Shown one piece after another: positions 63,840-64,000 of a DNA stretch of 64,000 nt. Both the position numbers and the translations under genes were made by a program. The stretch covers positions 53,212-117,211 of the IMG/VR virus record IMGVR_UViG_3300036790_000270. One strand, given 5' to 3'. The stretch comes from a virus. The notes under the pieces were generated by a model, which searched no databases, was not told the origin of the DNA, and saw only the letters and a program-made list of their open reading frames with translations. Numbering within the stretch: position 1 is the stretch's first letter; the number at the start of each line of letters is the position of its first letter.

Positions 63840-64000
63840 TCCTGTTCCTTCCTGGTGCTGTCCTCTTCATGGTTGTACTCGTTGGGGCACCTTGCGCCAG
63901 GCGCAGGCGTGACGGACGTGATGATGGTGTCGTCCCACGCGAAACCGCACGCCTTGCATGTGACCACGTGGTCCGGGGGGGGGGGGGGGGGGGGTGCCGG

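Noticed and set aside
63975-63994. Poly-G run as a G-quadruplex or DGR-type feature
   Set aside because: About 20 G at the contig edge is most likely a two-colour sequencing or assembly artefact.

Overview
High-GC (visually about two-thirds G+C) segment of a tailed dsDNA phage, probably infecting an actinobacterium. Layout: tail module (tape-measure C-terminus with lytic transglycosylase domain, two very large Gly-rich tail proteins, a minor tail protein; 1-12.7 kb); lysis-type membrane genes; a rightward recombination/replication arm (Cas4-like exonuclease, SSB, SNF2 helicase, C5-MTase-like, RuvC-like, endolysin, plus a GT2/deacetylase/GH16 polysaccharide cassette); a leftward RNA-rich block (36-44 kb); a primase-helicase-exonuclease fusion and a PolA split by a 3-gene insert (44-52 kb); and a leftward arm of early/anti-host genes (Ku, ArdA-like). 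Main discovery: a TIGR-Tas-like RNA-guide system. A nuclease-less Nop/IS110-like protein (40884-41771) is flanked by arrays of ~37-nt units (edge repeat, 9-nt spacer, loop repeat, 9-nt spacer). I counted ~56 units by hand; 20 of them lie as solo or mini units at 16 intergenic loci across the window, and 15 of those 16 loci are co-oriented with local transcription. Next to it is a perfectly circularly permuted tRNA-like RNA (Y-RNA/YrlA architecture) with no Ro60 gene in the window, a heptamer-repeat leader and an atypical tRNA(UAG). All family assignments come from recognising motifs by eye; no database search was run.
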